Source: Actinomycetota bacterium (GTDB lineage: Bacteria > Actinomycetota > UBA4738 > HRBIN12). Taken from it: a stretch of DNA of 35,911 nt. The position numbers and the translations under genes are program-made. Under the pieces are notes generated by a model. That model was not told where the DNA came from. It saw only the letters and a program-made list of their open reading frames with translations, and made no database searches. How positions within the stretch are numbered: position 1 is the first letter of the stretch; each line of letters opens with the position of its first letter. Positions 16,320 through 24,288 of the stretch are shown piece by piece. The stretch lies in contig DATEDE010000072.1 in NCBI GenBank assembly GCA_035286545.1, forward strand, positions 1-35,911, given 5' to 3'.

Positions 16320-17477
16320 ATGAAGATCACCGAGGTCGAGACCTTCAACGTGGCGCTGCCGTGGCGCCGGCTGCACAAGATGGCGTTCCCGTCCGGCAAG
16401 CTCGGGAACTACTCGATCGTCCGCATCCGCACGGACGAGGGCTTCGAGGGGCTGGGCGAGGCCACCGTCATCAAGGAGTGGGGCGGCGACTACGGCCGGT
16501 ACTTCGGTGAGTCCCCCGAGCTCACGGTCGCCGTCATCAACTCGGTGCTCGGACCCGCGCTGATCGGCCACGACCCGTTCGCGATCGAGCGCGCGCATCG
16601 CGAGATGGATCTCGCGGTGAAGGGTTACCCCTACGCGAAGACCGCGATCGACGAGGCGCTCCACGACATCAAGGGGAAGGCGCTCGGCGTCCCCGTGTAC
16701 GAGCTCCTCGGCGGCCTGTGGCGCGAGGAGATCCCGATCGCGCACTCGCTCGGGTGGATGGAGTACGAGGAGGCGACGTCGGAAGCGGCCGCCGCCGTCG
16801 CCGAGGGCATCCGCACGATCAAGATCAAGGTCGGCCGCTCGGAGGAGTACGACGTCCGGATCGTGCGCGAGGTCCGCGAGACGGTCGGCGATGACGTCGA
16901 CATCGTCGTCGACGCGAACCAGGGATGGCCGACCCCCAAGCACGCGATCCGCGTGCTGCGCCAGATGCAGGAGTACCGGCTCCGCTACGCGGAGCAGCCG
17001 GTCGAGGGGATCGCACGGATGGCCCGGGTCGCGCGGGCGGTCGACGTGCCCATCATGGCCGACGAGAGCGCCTGGACCCCGCAGGACGTCCTCGAGATCG
17101 TCGAGCGCGGCGCCGCGGACATGATCTCGCTCTACACGACGAAGCCGGGCGGTCTGTTCAAGGCCAAGAAGGTGGCGGCGGTGGCCGAAGCGGCCGGCCT
17201 CCCGCTCAACGTGAACGGCTCGCACGAGACCGGGGTCGGGAACGCGGCGAACCTGCACCTCGTAGCCTCGACGGCGGCGGTCACCGAGGCGGGCGTGTTC
17301 CCCGTGACGACGATCGAGGGCAAGGAGCCGACCACGATGGCCGGCAAGATGTACCTCGACGACATCATCACGCAGCCGTTCGAGTACCGCGACGGCAACC
17401 TGATCGTCCCGTCGGGCCCGGGCCTCGGGATCGAGCTCGACGAGGAGAAGGTCGCGCGCTACCGGACCGGGGGGTAG
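16320..17477 (+). CDS. Enolase-superfamily enzyme, muconate-lactonizing (MLE) subgroup (racemase/epimerase/cycloisomerase/dehydratase)
   Basis: 385 aa. KxK motif IKIKVG, metal ligands in VVDANQGW, AEQPV, MADES, and a second catalytic Lys in LYTTKPGG. Confidence 0.85.
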   Translation: MKITEVETFNVALPWRRLHKMAFPSGKLGNYSIVRIRTDEGFEGLGEATVIKEWGGDYGRYFGESPELTVAVINSVLGPALIGHDPFAIERAHREMDLAVKGYPYAKTAIDEALHDIKGKALGVPVYELLGGLWREEIPIAHSLGWMEYEEATSEAAAAVAEGIRTIKIKVGRSEEYDVRIVREVRETVGDDVDIVVDANQGWPTPKHAIRVLRQMQEYRLRYAEQPVEGIARMARVARAVDVPIMADESAWTPQDVLEIVERGAADMISLYTTKPGGLFKAKKVAAVAEAAGLPLNVNGSHETGVGNAANLHLVASTAAVTEAGVFPVTTIEGKEPTTMAGKMYLDDIITQPFEYRDGNLIVPSGPGLGIELDEEKVARYRTGG

Positions 17478-17482
17478 CGGCG

Positions 17483-18610
17483 ATGGCGATCCGAGACGTC
17501 GCGATCCTCGGAGCCGGCAACGGCGGCTGCGCCGCGGCCGCGGACCTCGGCAGCCGCGGGTACCGCGTCCGGCTCTACAACCGGTCGTCCGAGCGGTTGG
17601 TCGGCATCGTCGAGCGAGGCGGGCTCGAGAAGCTCGGTGCCGCCGGCGAGGGGTTCGTCGAGATCCCGGTGGTGACGACCGACCTGTCGGAGGCCGTCGG
17701 CGGCGCGGATCTCGTCATGCTCTCCGTCCCGATCTCGACGCACCCGTTCTTCGCGCAGGGTCTGGCCCCCCTGCTGCAGCCGGACCAGGTCCTGTTCCTG
17801 AACCCGGGGCACATGGGCGGGGGCCTCTTCATGGCGCACGAGCTGCATCGCCTGACCGGTCGCACGGACGTCCGGATCTGCGAGACGAGCACGCTCACCT
17901 ACGGCTGCCGGATGCGGGGCCCGGGGACGGTGAACATCATGGCGACGATGACGAACCTGCCGTTCGCGGCGTTCCCGGGCCGCAACCAGCAGGAGCTCTA
18001 CGACCTGATCGCGCCGCTCTACCCCGACATCGTGCAGGCGTCGCACGTGCTCGAGACGGGCTTCATGGACATCAACGCGGTCGAGCACCCGCCGCAGATC
18101 ATCTGCAACGCGGGGTGGCTCGAGCACACCAAGGGCGACTACCTCTTCTACTACGAGGGCACCACGCCGGGGGTCGCCCGCGTGATCGAGGCGCTCGATG
18201 CCGAGCGGATGGCGATCGCGGCCGCGGCGGGCATCCCGACCCGCCCGTTCGTCGAGGTGTTCCACGCGATGGGGTACACGAGCGCGCACGCGGCCGAGGT
18301 CGGCTCGGCGTACGTGGCCCTGCAGGAGAGCGAGCCGAACCGATGGGTGAAGGGCCCACCTACGCTCGACCATCGCTACATCAACGAGGACGTCGGCTGG
18401 GGCCTAGTGCCGTGGTCGGAGATGGGTCGCTCGTTCGGCGTCCAGACGCCCACGATGGATGCCCTCATCGTGCTCGGGGGCGTCCTGAACGGGCGCGACT
18501 ACCGCGCCGAGGGCCTGACGCTCGAGCGGCTCGGCCTCGCCGGCGTGCGCCCCGAAGACCTGGACGCGTACCTTCGGGAGGGCATCGCTACCGTGGAGGG
18601 TGGTGGATGA
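17483..18610 (+). CDS. Opine dehydrogenase family NAD(P) oxidoreductase, paralogue 2
   Basis: ATG 17483. 375 aa. Rossmann VAILGAGNGGCAAAADL. ...DINAVEHPPQIICNAGWLE... and ...RYINEDVGWGLVP... parallel the motifs in paralogue 1. Confidence 0.7.
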   Translation: MAIRDVAILGAGNGGCAAAADLGSRGYRVRLYNRSSERLVGIVERGGLEKLGAAGEGFVEIPVVTTDLSEAVGGADLVMLSVPISTHPFFAQGLAPLLQPDQVLFLNPGHMGGGLFMAHELHRLTGRTDVRICETSTLTYGCRMRGPGTVNIMATMTNLPFAAFPGRNQQELYDLIAPLYPDIVQASHVLETGFMDINAVEHPPQIICNAGWLEHTKGDYLFYYEGTTPGVARVIEALDAERMAIAAAAGIPTRPFVEVFHAMGYTSAHAAEVGSAYVALQESEPNRWVKGPPTLDHRYINEDVGWGLVPWSEMGRSFGVQTPTMDALIVLGGVLNGRDYRAEGLTLERLGLAGVRPEDLDAYLREGIATVEGGG

Positions 18611-20190
18611 CGAAGCAGCGGATCGCGGTCTTCTCCGGTCCGAACGCGACGATCGCGAACTCACCGACGCTCGTCACGAGCAACAAGGGCCGACGTCCCG
18701 GTGAGCGCCGGCTGGACGGCCGGTTCGATTCCCTCGTGGCGCAGGAGCTCTACGAGCCCGTGACCGTGCGCATCAAGCGGTTCAGCGCCCACCCGCTCGA
18801 GGCGGACGCCGCCGGCGTCTACCACGAGCCGGACCGGGCCTACGACGAGGTCGAGCTGCGTCCGGAAGATGGCCCGTACCCGTTGCCGTACGTCTCGAGG
18901 CGGGCCGACGGGTCGCCAGACGGCGTCCCGTTCGAGGACGAGGACCTCGAGGATCGGTCGATCGGCTACGGCGGACGGCAGTTCTACTACCCGGACGCCG
19001 CGCGGCTGTTCGCGGAGATCGATCGGACGATCACCGGTCGTGACGAGGACGGCAGCGGCAGTACGCTCGATCGCCGCGCCGACTTCGACTTCATCCGTGT
19101 GCTTCCGTCGGGCGGCTACGCGTCTCGTGGGGAGGTTAGCGGCCGCGACTACTTCCCCTACAAGCCACGTGCGATCGCGCACCGTCCCCGGTATCGCGAC
19201 CTCGCGACCGCTACGAACGTCGTCCGCGAGGCGATGCGCTCTGGCCGGTACGCGGGCGGCATCTGGCTCGAGGCTAGTCCCACCCTCGAGGAGACGCTCT
19301 ATTGGTGCAACCTCGTGCTCGACATCGATATCTCGCTCGTGGGCTGCGCGTCGCAACGCCCGCACGGGCAGTTGGCCAACGACGGCGACCGCAACATCGT
19401 GGACGCCATCGACTTCATCCTCTCGGGGGAGAGGCTCGGCGTCGTCGCGCTCCAGGACGAGAGGATCTTCGCAGCGCGCGAGTTCAAGAAGGCGGATGAC
19501 CGTCCGGGGAACTACAAGGTCACGGGAGGCCACGGCGGGATCCTCGGTAGCGTCGGGCCGCCGGTCACGGTCTGGTACCGACCGGCGTACAAGCACACTC
19601 ACACGTCGGAAGTGAACCTTCGACGGTTACCCGAGCAGGTCGCCTTCCTCGACCGCGCCGACGATCGGTCTCCAACGACCATCCGGATCAAGGACGGTGA
19701 GCGGCTGCGGCCCGAGGTGATCCCGCGGGTCCACATGGTCAAGTACGGCGCATACATGGACGAGGACGTCCTCGATGATCCCGATGGGGAGGTCGACATC
19801 ATGGCGAGGATCGCCAGGGGTCTCGAGCAGCAGTCGCGGGCCATCGAAGGCGCCCCGCCGTTCCACGGTTTCGTGTTCGAGGGGCTGTCTCCGTACGCGT
19901 ACGGGAGCGGGTCGCAACGCGAGGCGCTGAAGATCGCCGCCTTCAGCGGGATGCCCGTGGTTCGCGTGGGGCGCGCGGATCCCGGCGGCATGGTCCCGAA
20001 GCGGGGCTGGCCGCATGCAGTCACCGGCAGCAACCTCGATGCGAACAAGGCCCGGATGCTGCTCATGGCGAGCATGCTGAAGCTCGGCCGTTGGCCGAAG
20101 GCGAAGGACCCTAGGCATCCGACGCCGGAAGAGTGCGACGCGCTGTACGCTGCGGTCGCCGCGTATCAGGCCCTCTTCGATACGCACTGA
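18607..20190 (+). CDS. Divergent asparaginase/glutaminase-fold protein (527 aa) with non-canonical active-site motifs
   Basis: ATG 18607 overlaps the upstream stop (ATGA). [14 protein letters not shown] resembles the I..ATGGTIAG motif. [19 protein letters not shown] resembles [44 protein letters not shown] resembles [37 protein letters not shown] resembles the C-terminal KARILLMLAL. Confidence 0.55.
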   Translation: [527 protein letters not shown]

Positions 20191-20254
20191 GAGCCCGGAG
20201 AGGTCACCTGCGGTGCTCGCAACCCGTTGCGACGCGGAGGGTTCTCACTTTGAC

Positions 20255-20266
20255 TAAAGGTAGGAT
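20255..20266 (+). promoter_or_regulatory. TAAAGGTAGGAT element (candidate extended -10 / operator) upstream of the tautomerase operon
   Basis: This 12-mer is repeated exactly at 24289..24300. It contains TAGGAT (a TANNNT-type -10) preceded by GG. It sits in the 184-nt gap 20191..20374. Confidence 0.4.
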
Positions 20267-20306
20267 ATTATGCCGAAGTTGCGTGCGTGGGGGGCGCGGT
20301 CGTCGA

Positions 20307-20332
20307 GGGGCACCGGGGCGCACCCGTGCCCC
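20307..20332 (+). other. GC-rich hairpin in the 5' leader of the tautomerase operon
   Basis: GGGGCAC-CGGGGCGCACCCG-GTGCCCC forms a 7-bp perfect outer stem plus inner pairs. It lies between the -10-like element and the SD/GTG at 20375. Confidence 0.35.
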
Positions 20333-20374
20333 GCTCGCGGGTGCCGACCACCGGACGTGGAGAGGGGAGGAGAG

Positions 20375-20575
20375 GTGCCGAACGTCACGATCGAATGGCT
20401 CCAGGGCCGCTCGCTCGACCAGAAGCGGAAGGTGATCGCCGGGATAACCGATCTGCTGGTCGACATCGCCGACGCCCGCCGCGAGGCCGTCCAGGTCACG
20501 TTCATCGACATGAGCAAGGAGGACTGGGGTCGCGGCGGGCTCCTCGGCATCGACCGCACGGACGTCCATCCGTGA
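20375..20575 (+). CDS. 4-oxalocrotonate tautomerase family protein (66 aa), paralogue 2
   Basis: GTG 20375 follows GGAGAGGGGAGGAGAG. The product MPNVTIEWLQGRSLDQKRKVIAGITDLLVDIADARREAVQVTFIDMSKEDWGRGG... is identical to paralogue 1 at 42 of 66 positions in an ungapped alignment. Confidence 0.85.
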   Translation: MPNVTIEWLQGRSLDQKRKVIAGITDLLVDIADARREAVQVTFIDMSKEDWGRGGLLGIDRTDVHP

Positions 20576-20934
20576 GCATCCCCAAGCGCGTCCACCACCT
20601 GCTCCTGCAGACCCGCGACCTCGAGGCGGCCGAGGCGTTCTACGTCGGGTTCCTCGGCTTCTCGGTTAGGAAGCGCGAGCAGTTCCATGACGGCCGCCCC
20701 CTCACGACGACGGAGGAGGGGCTGGGCCTGACGAACGGCGTCCGGGGCGAGGCCGGCAGCGTCGTCGAGCACATCGCGTTCCGGACGAGCGACATCCGCG
20801 GGCTCGCCCAGCGCGCCGAGGCCCAAGGCATCGAGGTGCTCAAGCCGCCCGGCCCCGGCCCGTACGGCCTCACGGTCTACCTCGCCGACCCCGACGGGAA
20901 CAGGATCGAGCTGTTCTCCGAGGAGGAGGCTTGA
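20572..20934 (+). CDS. VOC-family protein (glyoxalase / bleomycin resistance / dioxygenase fold), single module
   Basis: GTG 20572 overlaps the upstream stop (GTGA). 120 aa. VHHLLLQTRDLEAAEAFYVGFLGF ... EHIAFRTSD ... VYLADPDGNRIELF is the classic VOC pattern. Confidence 0.8.
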   Translation: MSIPKRVHHLLLQTRDLEAAEAFYVGFLGFSVRKREQFHDGRPLTTTEEGLGLTNGVRGEAGSVVEHIAFRTSDIRGLAQRAEAQGIEVLKPPGPGPYGLTVYLADPDGNRIELFSEEEA

Positions 20935-21860
20935 GCCGGGAGGATTCCCCGGTCGAGTGGGCGAAGCTCCGGATCGCCGTGGTCGCGGGCGATGAGCGCG
21001 ATCCGGAGATCGCGCGTCTGGCGGCGGAGACCGGCGCGACCGTGACGGCGTTCGGCATCCCCTGGCCGCCGCAGGGCGTCGCGGGCGTCCAGCTCGCGGA
21101 GTCCGCCGCCGCCGCGGTCGACGGCGCGAACTACATCCTCTTCCCGATCCCGCTCGGGGTCGGCGCGGTCCTGTATGCCCCGCACGCGACCGAGCCGATC
21201 GTCGCCGACGAGGCGTTGTTCTCGAAGGCCGCGCCGGACGCGTGGATGTTCTGTGGCCGGCTCCGCGACGAGATCCGGGCGTCGGCCGACGCGGCGGGCG
21301 TGTACGTCCACGAGTACGACCCCGACAGGGAGCTGATGCTCCTGCGCGCCCCGGCGATCGTCGAGGGGGCGCTCCAGCAAGCGATCGAGGCGACGGACGT
21401 GACGATCAACGACGCCGAGGTCGTCGTGATCGGGTTCGGCAACATCGGCCAGCTCCTCGCGCGAACGCTCCGTGGGCTCGGTGCCCGCGTCCACGTCGCC
21501 GCGAGGAACCCGATCCAGCGGGCGGGGGCCTATGCCGACGGCCTACTGCCGCTCTCGCTCGATGAGCTCCACGACCTCGCCCCCTCCCTCGACATGGTCT
21601 TCTCGACGGTGCCGGCGCCTGTCGTCGACCGCCCGTTCCTCGAGCGGCTGCCCACCGGCACGTTGGTCCTCGACATCGCACCTCCGCCCGACCACGCGGA
21701 CCTCGACGCGGCGGCGGAGCTCGGGCACCGGGCGGTGTGGGCGCGCGGCCTCGGGAAGCGCGCGCCGATCACGGTCGGCAGGAGCCAGTGGGCGGGGCTC
21801 CGCCGCTTCATCACCGAGATCGAGCTGGCGAGGCGGGAGGGGCGGACGTGGCAGGGATGA
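20931..21860 (+). CDS. DpaA (dipicolinate synthase subunit A)-like NAD-binding dehydrogenase, paralogue 2
   Basis: TTG 20931 overlaps the upstream stop (TTGA), the same arrangement as paralogue 1. 309 aa. IAVVAGDERDPEI, APAIVEGALQQAIEATDVTINDAEVVVIGFGNIG, ARGLGKRAPITVGRSQW. Roughly 60% identical to paralogue 1 by eye. Confidence 0.75.
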   Translation: MSREDSPVEWAKLRIAVVAGDERDPEIARLAAETGATVTAFGIPWPPQGVAGVQLAESAAAAVDGANYILFPIPLGVGAVLYAPHATEPIVADEALFSKAAPDAWMFCGRLRDEIRASADAAGVYVHEYDPDRELMLLRAPAIVEGALQQAIEATDVTINDAEVVVIGFGNIGQLLARTLRGLGARVHVAARNPIQRAGAYADGLLPLSLDELHDLAPSLDMVFSTVPAPVVDRPFLERLPTGTLVLDIAPPPDHADLDAAAELGHRAVWARGLGKRAPITVGRSQWAGLRRFITEIELARREGRTWQG

Positions 21861-23155
21861 CCCGCGGATCGCGGTCGCCCGACGTCGCGATCGTGGGGGC
21901 CGGGTCGCTCGGGCTGATGACGGCGCTCGAGCTCGCCCGGCGAGGTGTCCGCCCCGTGATCCTCGAGCGCGGACCCGACGTCCTCTCCGGGTGCTCGTCG
22001 GGGAGCGCCGGCCTGCTGTCGCCGGCGCACTCGACCCCGCTGGCGACGCCCGGCGCCGTCCGCGAGGGGCTTCTCCACATGCTCCGACGCGACAGCCCGT
22101 TCAGCATGCGGCCCCGGCCGAGCCTGATCCCGTGGCTGCTCCGGTTCATGCTCGCCGCGCGCGGCGATCGCGTCCGCCGCGGGACCGAGCTGATCCGGGA
22201 CTTCAGCTTCGCGAGCCTGGAGCTTCACAAGGAGCTCGTCCGGCAGGGGCTCGACACGGGGCTCGAGGTCCTCGGCGCGATCAACGTCTACGAGACCGAG
22301 AAGGCCTACGTCGGTGGCCTCGCCGAGGCCGAGGACCTTTCGTCGCATGGGATCAAGGCCCATGTGATGACGGCCGACGAGGCGCGCACGTTCGAGCCCG
22401 CGCTCTCGGACGCGATCGTCGGGGGGGTCTTCTACCCAGAGGAAGCGCAGTGCGACCCCGAGCGCTTCATGCTCGCGGTCGCCGATGCGGCCGTCGAGGC
22501 GGGAGCGGAGCTCTGCACGCGGGCCGAGGTCCTTGACGCGACGGTCTCGGGCGGACGGGTCGTGCGCCTGGTCACGACGATCGGCGAGATCCGTCCCGGA
22601 CAGGTCGTCGTCGCGAACGGCGCGTGGACGGCCGAGCTCAGCCGTCGGCTCGGCCTGCCGATCCCCGTCCAGGGCGGCAAGGGGTACCACGTCGACCTTA
22701 CTCCCTCCGAGGGCGATCCCGCCGTGCCGGTCTACCTCCAGGAGGCACGCGTGATCGCGACGCCGTACGCGAACCGGCTCCGACTCGCCGGCACGCTGCA
22801 GCTCACCGGGCTGTCCATGCGGATGGACCAGGTCCGCGTCCGGGCGACGGTCCGGTCGGGGATGCGGACCCTGCGCGGCATCGAGGCGAGCCGTGTGACC
22901 GAGGTGTGGCGGGGGATCCGCCCGTGCACGCCCGACGGCCTGCCTATCCTCGGACGGTCCGAGCGGCTGGCAAACGTCGTCTTCGCGACCGGTCATGCGA
23001 TGAAGGGGCTCCACCTCGCTCCGGAGACCGGGCGCCTGATCGCGCAGGTGGTGCTGGACGAGCCGCCGACCCGAGACCTCACCCCCTTCAGCCCGGACCG
23101 GTTCCGGTGGGGGGCGCGGGGCAAGCAGCCGACCGAGGACCGGAGGGACGGATGA
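21857..23155 (+). CDS. FAD-dependent oxidoreductase, DAO family (D-amino-acid dehydrogenase DadA-like)
   Basis: ATG 21857 overlaps the upstream stop (ATGA). 432 aa. Dinucleotide fold VAIVGAGSLGLMTALELARRG. ...VVANGAWT... and ...GIRPCTPDGLPILG...VVFATGHAMKGL... are typical DAO-family blocks. Confidence 0.8.
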   Translation: MTRGSRSPDVAIVGAGSLGLMTALELARRGVRPVILERGPDVLSGCSSGSAGLLSPAHSTPLATPGAVREGLLHMLRRDSPFSMRPRPSLIPWLLRFMLAARGDRVRRGTELIRDFSFASLELHKELVRQGLDTGLEVLGAINVYETEKAYVGGLAEAEDLSSHGIKAHVMTADEARTFEPALSDAIVGGVFYPEEAQCDPERFMLAVADAAVEAGAELCTRAEVLDATVSGGRVVRLVTTIGEIRPGQVVVANGAWTAELSRRLGLPIPVQGGKGYHVDLTPSEGDPAVPVYLQEARVIATPYANRLRLAGTLQLTGLSMRMDQVRVRATVRSGMRTLRGIEASRVTEVWRGIRPCTPDGLPILGRSERLANVVFATGHAMKGLHLAPETGRLIAQVVLDEPPTRDLTPFSPDRFRWGARGKQPTEDRRDG

Positions 23156-24264
23156 AGCAGGACATCATCGACAAGTGCATCGCCGCGTGCGACGAGCACG
23201 ACCTCGACGCGATCGTCGCCATGTCCCCGGAGAACTTCGCCTACGTGGTGGGGTTCATCGTGCCGTCGCAGCCCGTCCTGCGGTGGCGGCACGCCGCCGC
23301 CGTCATCACCCGCGACGGGAAGCGGGCGCTGCTCACGGTGGACATGGAGGCGACGACCGTGAAGGACCTCCAACCCGACGAGGACGTCCGCGTGTGGGCC
23401 GAGTTCGACGAGAACGCGATGCCGGTCTTCGCCGACCTCCTGAAGGACCTCGGGCTCGGTTCGGCGCGCGTCGGCATCGAGACCGATTACCTGCCGGTGC
23501 GCGACATGGAGCGGCTCACGTCGCTGCTCCCCGACGTGCGCTGGGAACCATCGTCCCCGATCTTCGATCGCCTGCGGATGGTGAAGACCCCCCGTGAGCT
23601 CGAGCTGATGCGCAAGCTCGCGCGGATCACCGACCGGTCGATCAAGGAGGCACTAGAGGGCATCCACCCCGGGGACACCGAGATGGACCTCGCGGGCTCG
23701 GTGACGACGAACCTGTTCCGCTATGGCGCGCAGAACTTCAAGTGGTTGATCCTCGCGACGGGGGAGCGGAGCCAGTACCCGAACGTCGGACCGACGCTCC
23801 GCAAGCTCGAACGCGGGGACATCGTCCGGCTCGAGGTCTTCGGCGCCCTCGACGGCTACCACACCGGGATCTGCCGGACCGCGGTGGTCCAGGAGGCGTC
23901 GCCGGAGATCGAGGAGATCTGGTCGAACATCGTCGCGTGCCGCGACCTGATCTTCGGAACCGTCCGCGCCGGAGCGGTCGGCACCGAGATCCACCGCAGG
24001 GTGATGGTGAAGTTCGACGAGCTCGGGTGGCCGCGGATGGGGTTCGTGGGTCACGGCATCGGTCTGTTCGTGCACGAGGACCCCTACCTCGGACCGGATG
24101 CCGACGCGATCCTCGAGACGGACATGGTCCTCGGCGTCGAGCCCGTGCTGCTCGTGCCCGGGAAGTACGGGTTCCAGGTCAAGGATATCCTCGCCGTTGG
24201 CCCCGACGGGTGCGACGTCCTGTCGGACGTGACCAACACCGATCGCCTGCTCGTGATCGAGTGA
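23152..24264 (+). CDS. M24-fold (creatinase/prolidase/ectoine-hydrolase-like) hydrolase with incomplete metal-ligand set
   Basis: ATG 23152 overlaps the upstream stop (ATGA). 370 aa. Creatinase_N-like N-terminus (DAIVAMSPENFAYVVGF) and pita-bread C-domain (MVKTPRELELMRKLARI, GDIVRLEVFGALDGYHTGICRT, GHGIGLFVHEDP, LGVEPVL, FQVKDILAV). Confidence 0.75.
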   Translation: MKQDIIDKCIAACDEHDLDAIVAMSPENFAYVVGFIVPSQPVLRWRHAAAVITRDGKRALLTVDMEATTVKDLQPDEDVRVWAEFDENAMPVFADLLKDLGLGSARVGIETDYLPVRDMERLTSLLPDVRWEPSSPIFDRLRMVKTPRELELMRKLARITDRSIKEALEGIHPGDTEMDLAGSVTTNLFRYGAQNFKWLILATGERSQYPNVGPTLRKLERGDIVRLEVFGALDGYHTGICRTAVVQEASPEIEEIWSNIVACRDLIFGTVRAGAVGTEIHRRVMVKFDELGWPRMGFVGHGIGLFVHEDPYLGPDADAILETDMVLGVEPVLLVPGKYGFQVKDILAVGPDGCDVLSDVTNTDRLLVIE

Positions 24265-24288
24265 GGTCGCTTGCGGGGTTCAAGGGTA

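Noticed and set aside
18607-20190. Calling this gene a plain L-asparaginase
   Set aside because: The fold-level motifs are there, but the Thr-Asp-Lys triad positions appear substituted and there is a large insertion. An enzymatic asparaginase call is not supported.
20250-20271. TTGACT (20250-20255) plus TATTAT (20266-20271) as a classical -35/-10 sigma-70 promoter
   Set aside because: The spacer is only 10 nt, far from the 16-18 nt required. The TAGGAT/extended -10 reading is more consistent with the other copies.
20270-20575. ATG 20270 as the start of a 101-aa tautomerase
   Set aside because: 4-OT family enzymes need Pro directly after the initiator Met, and the paralogue at 5672 starts MPLV. 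GTG 20375 (giving MPNV) has a strong SD. The 35-aa extension is Arg/Gly/Pro-rich and overlaps the leader hairpin.
20931-21860. Calling the DpaA-like genes genuine dipicolinate synthase for sporulation
   Set aside because: No dpaB/spoVFB flavoprotein gene is adjacent, and there is no other sporulation gene in the window. The genomic context is catabolic, and the gene is present in two diverged copies.
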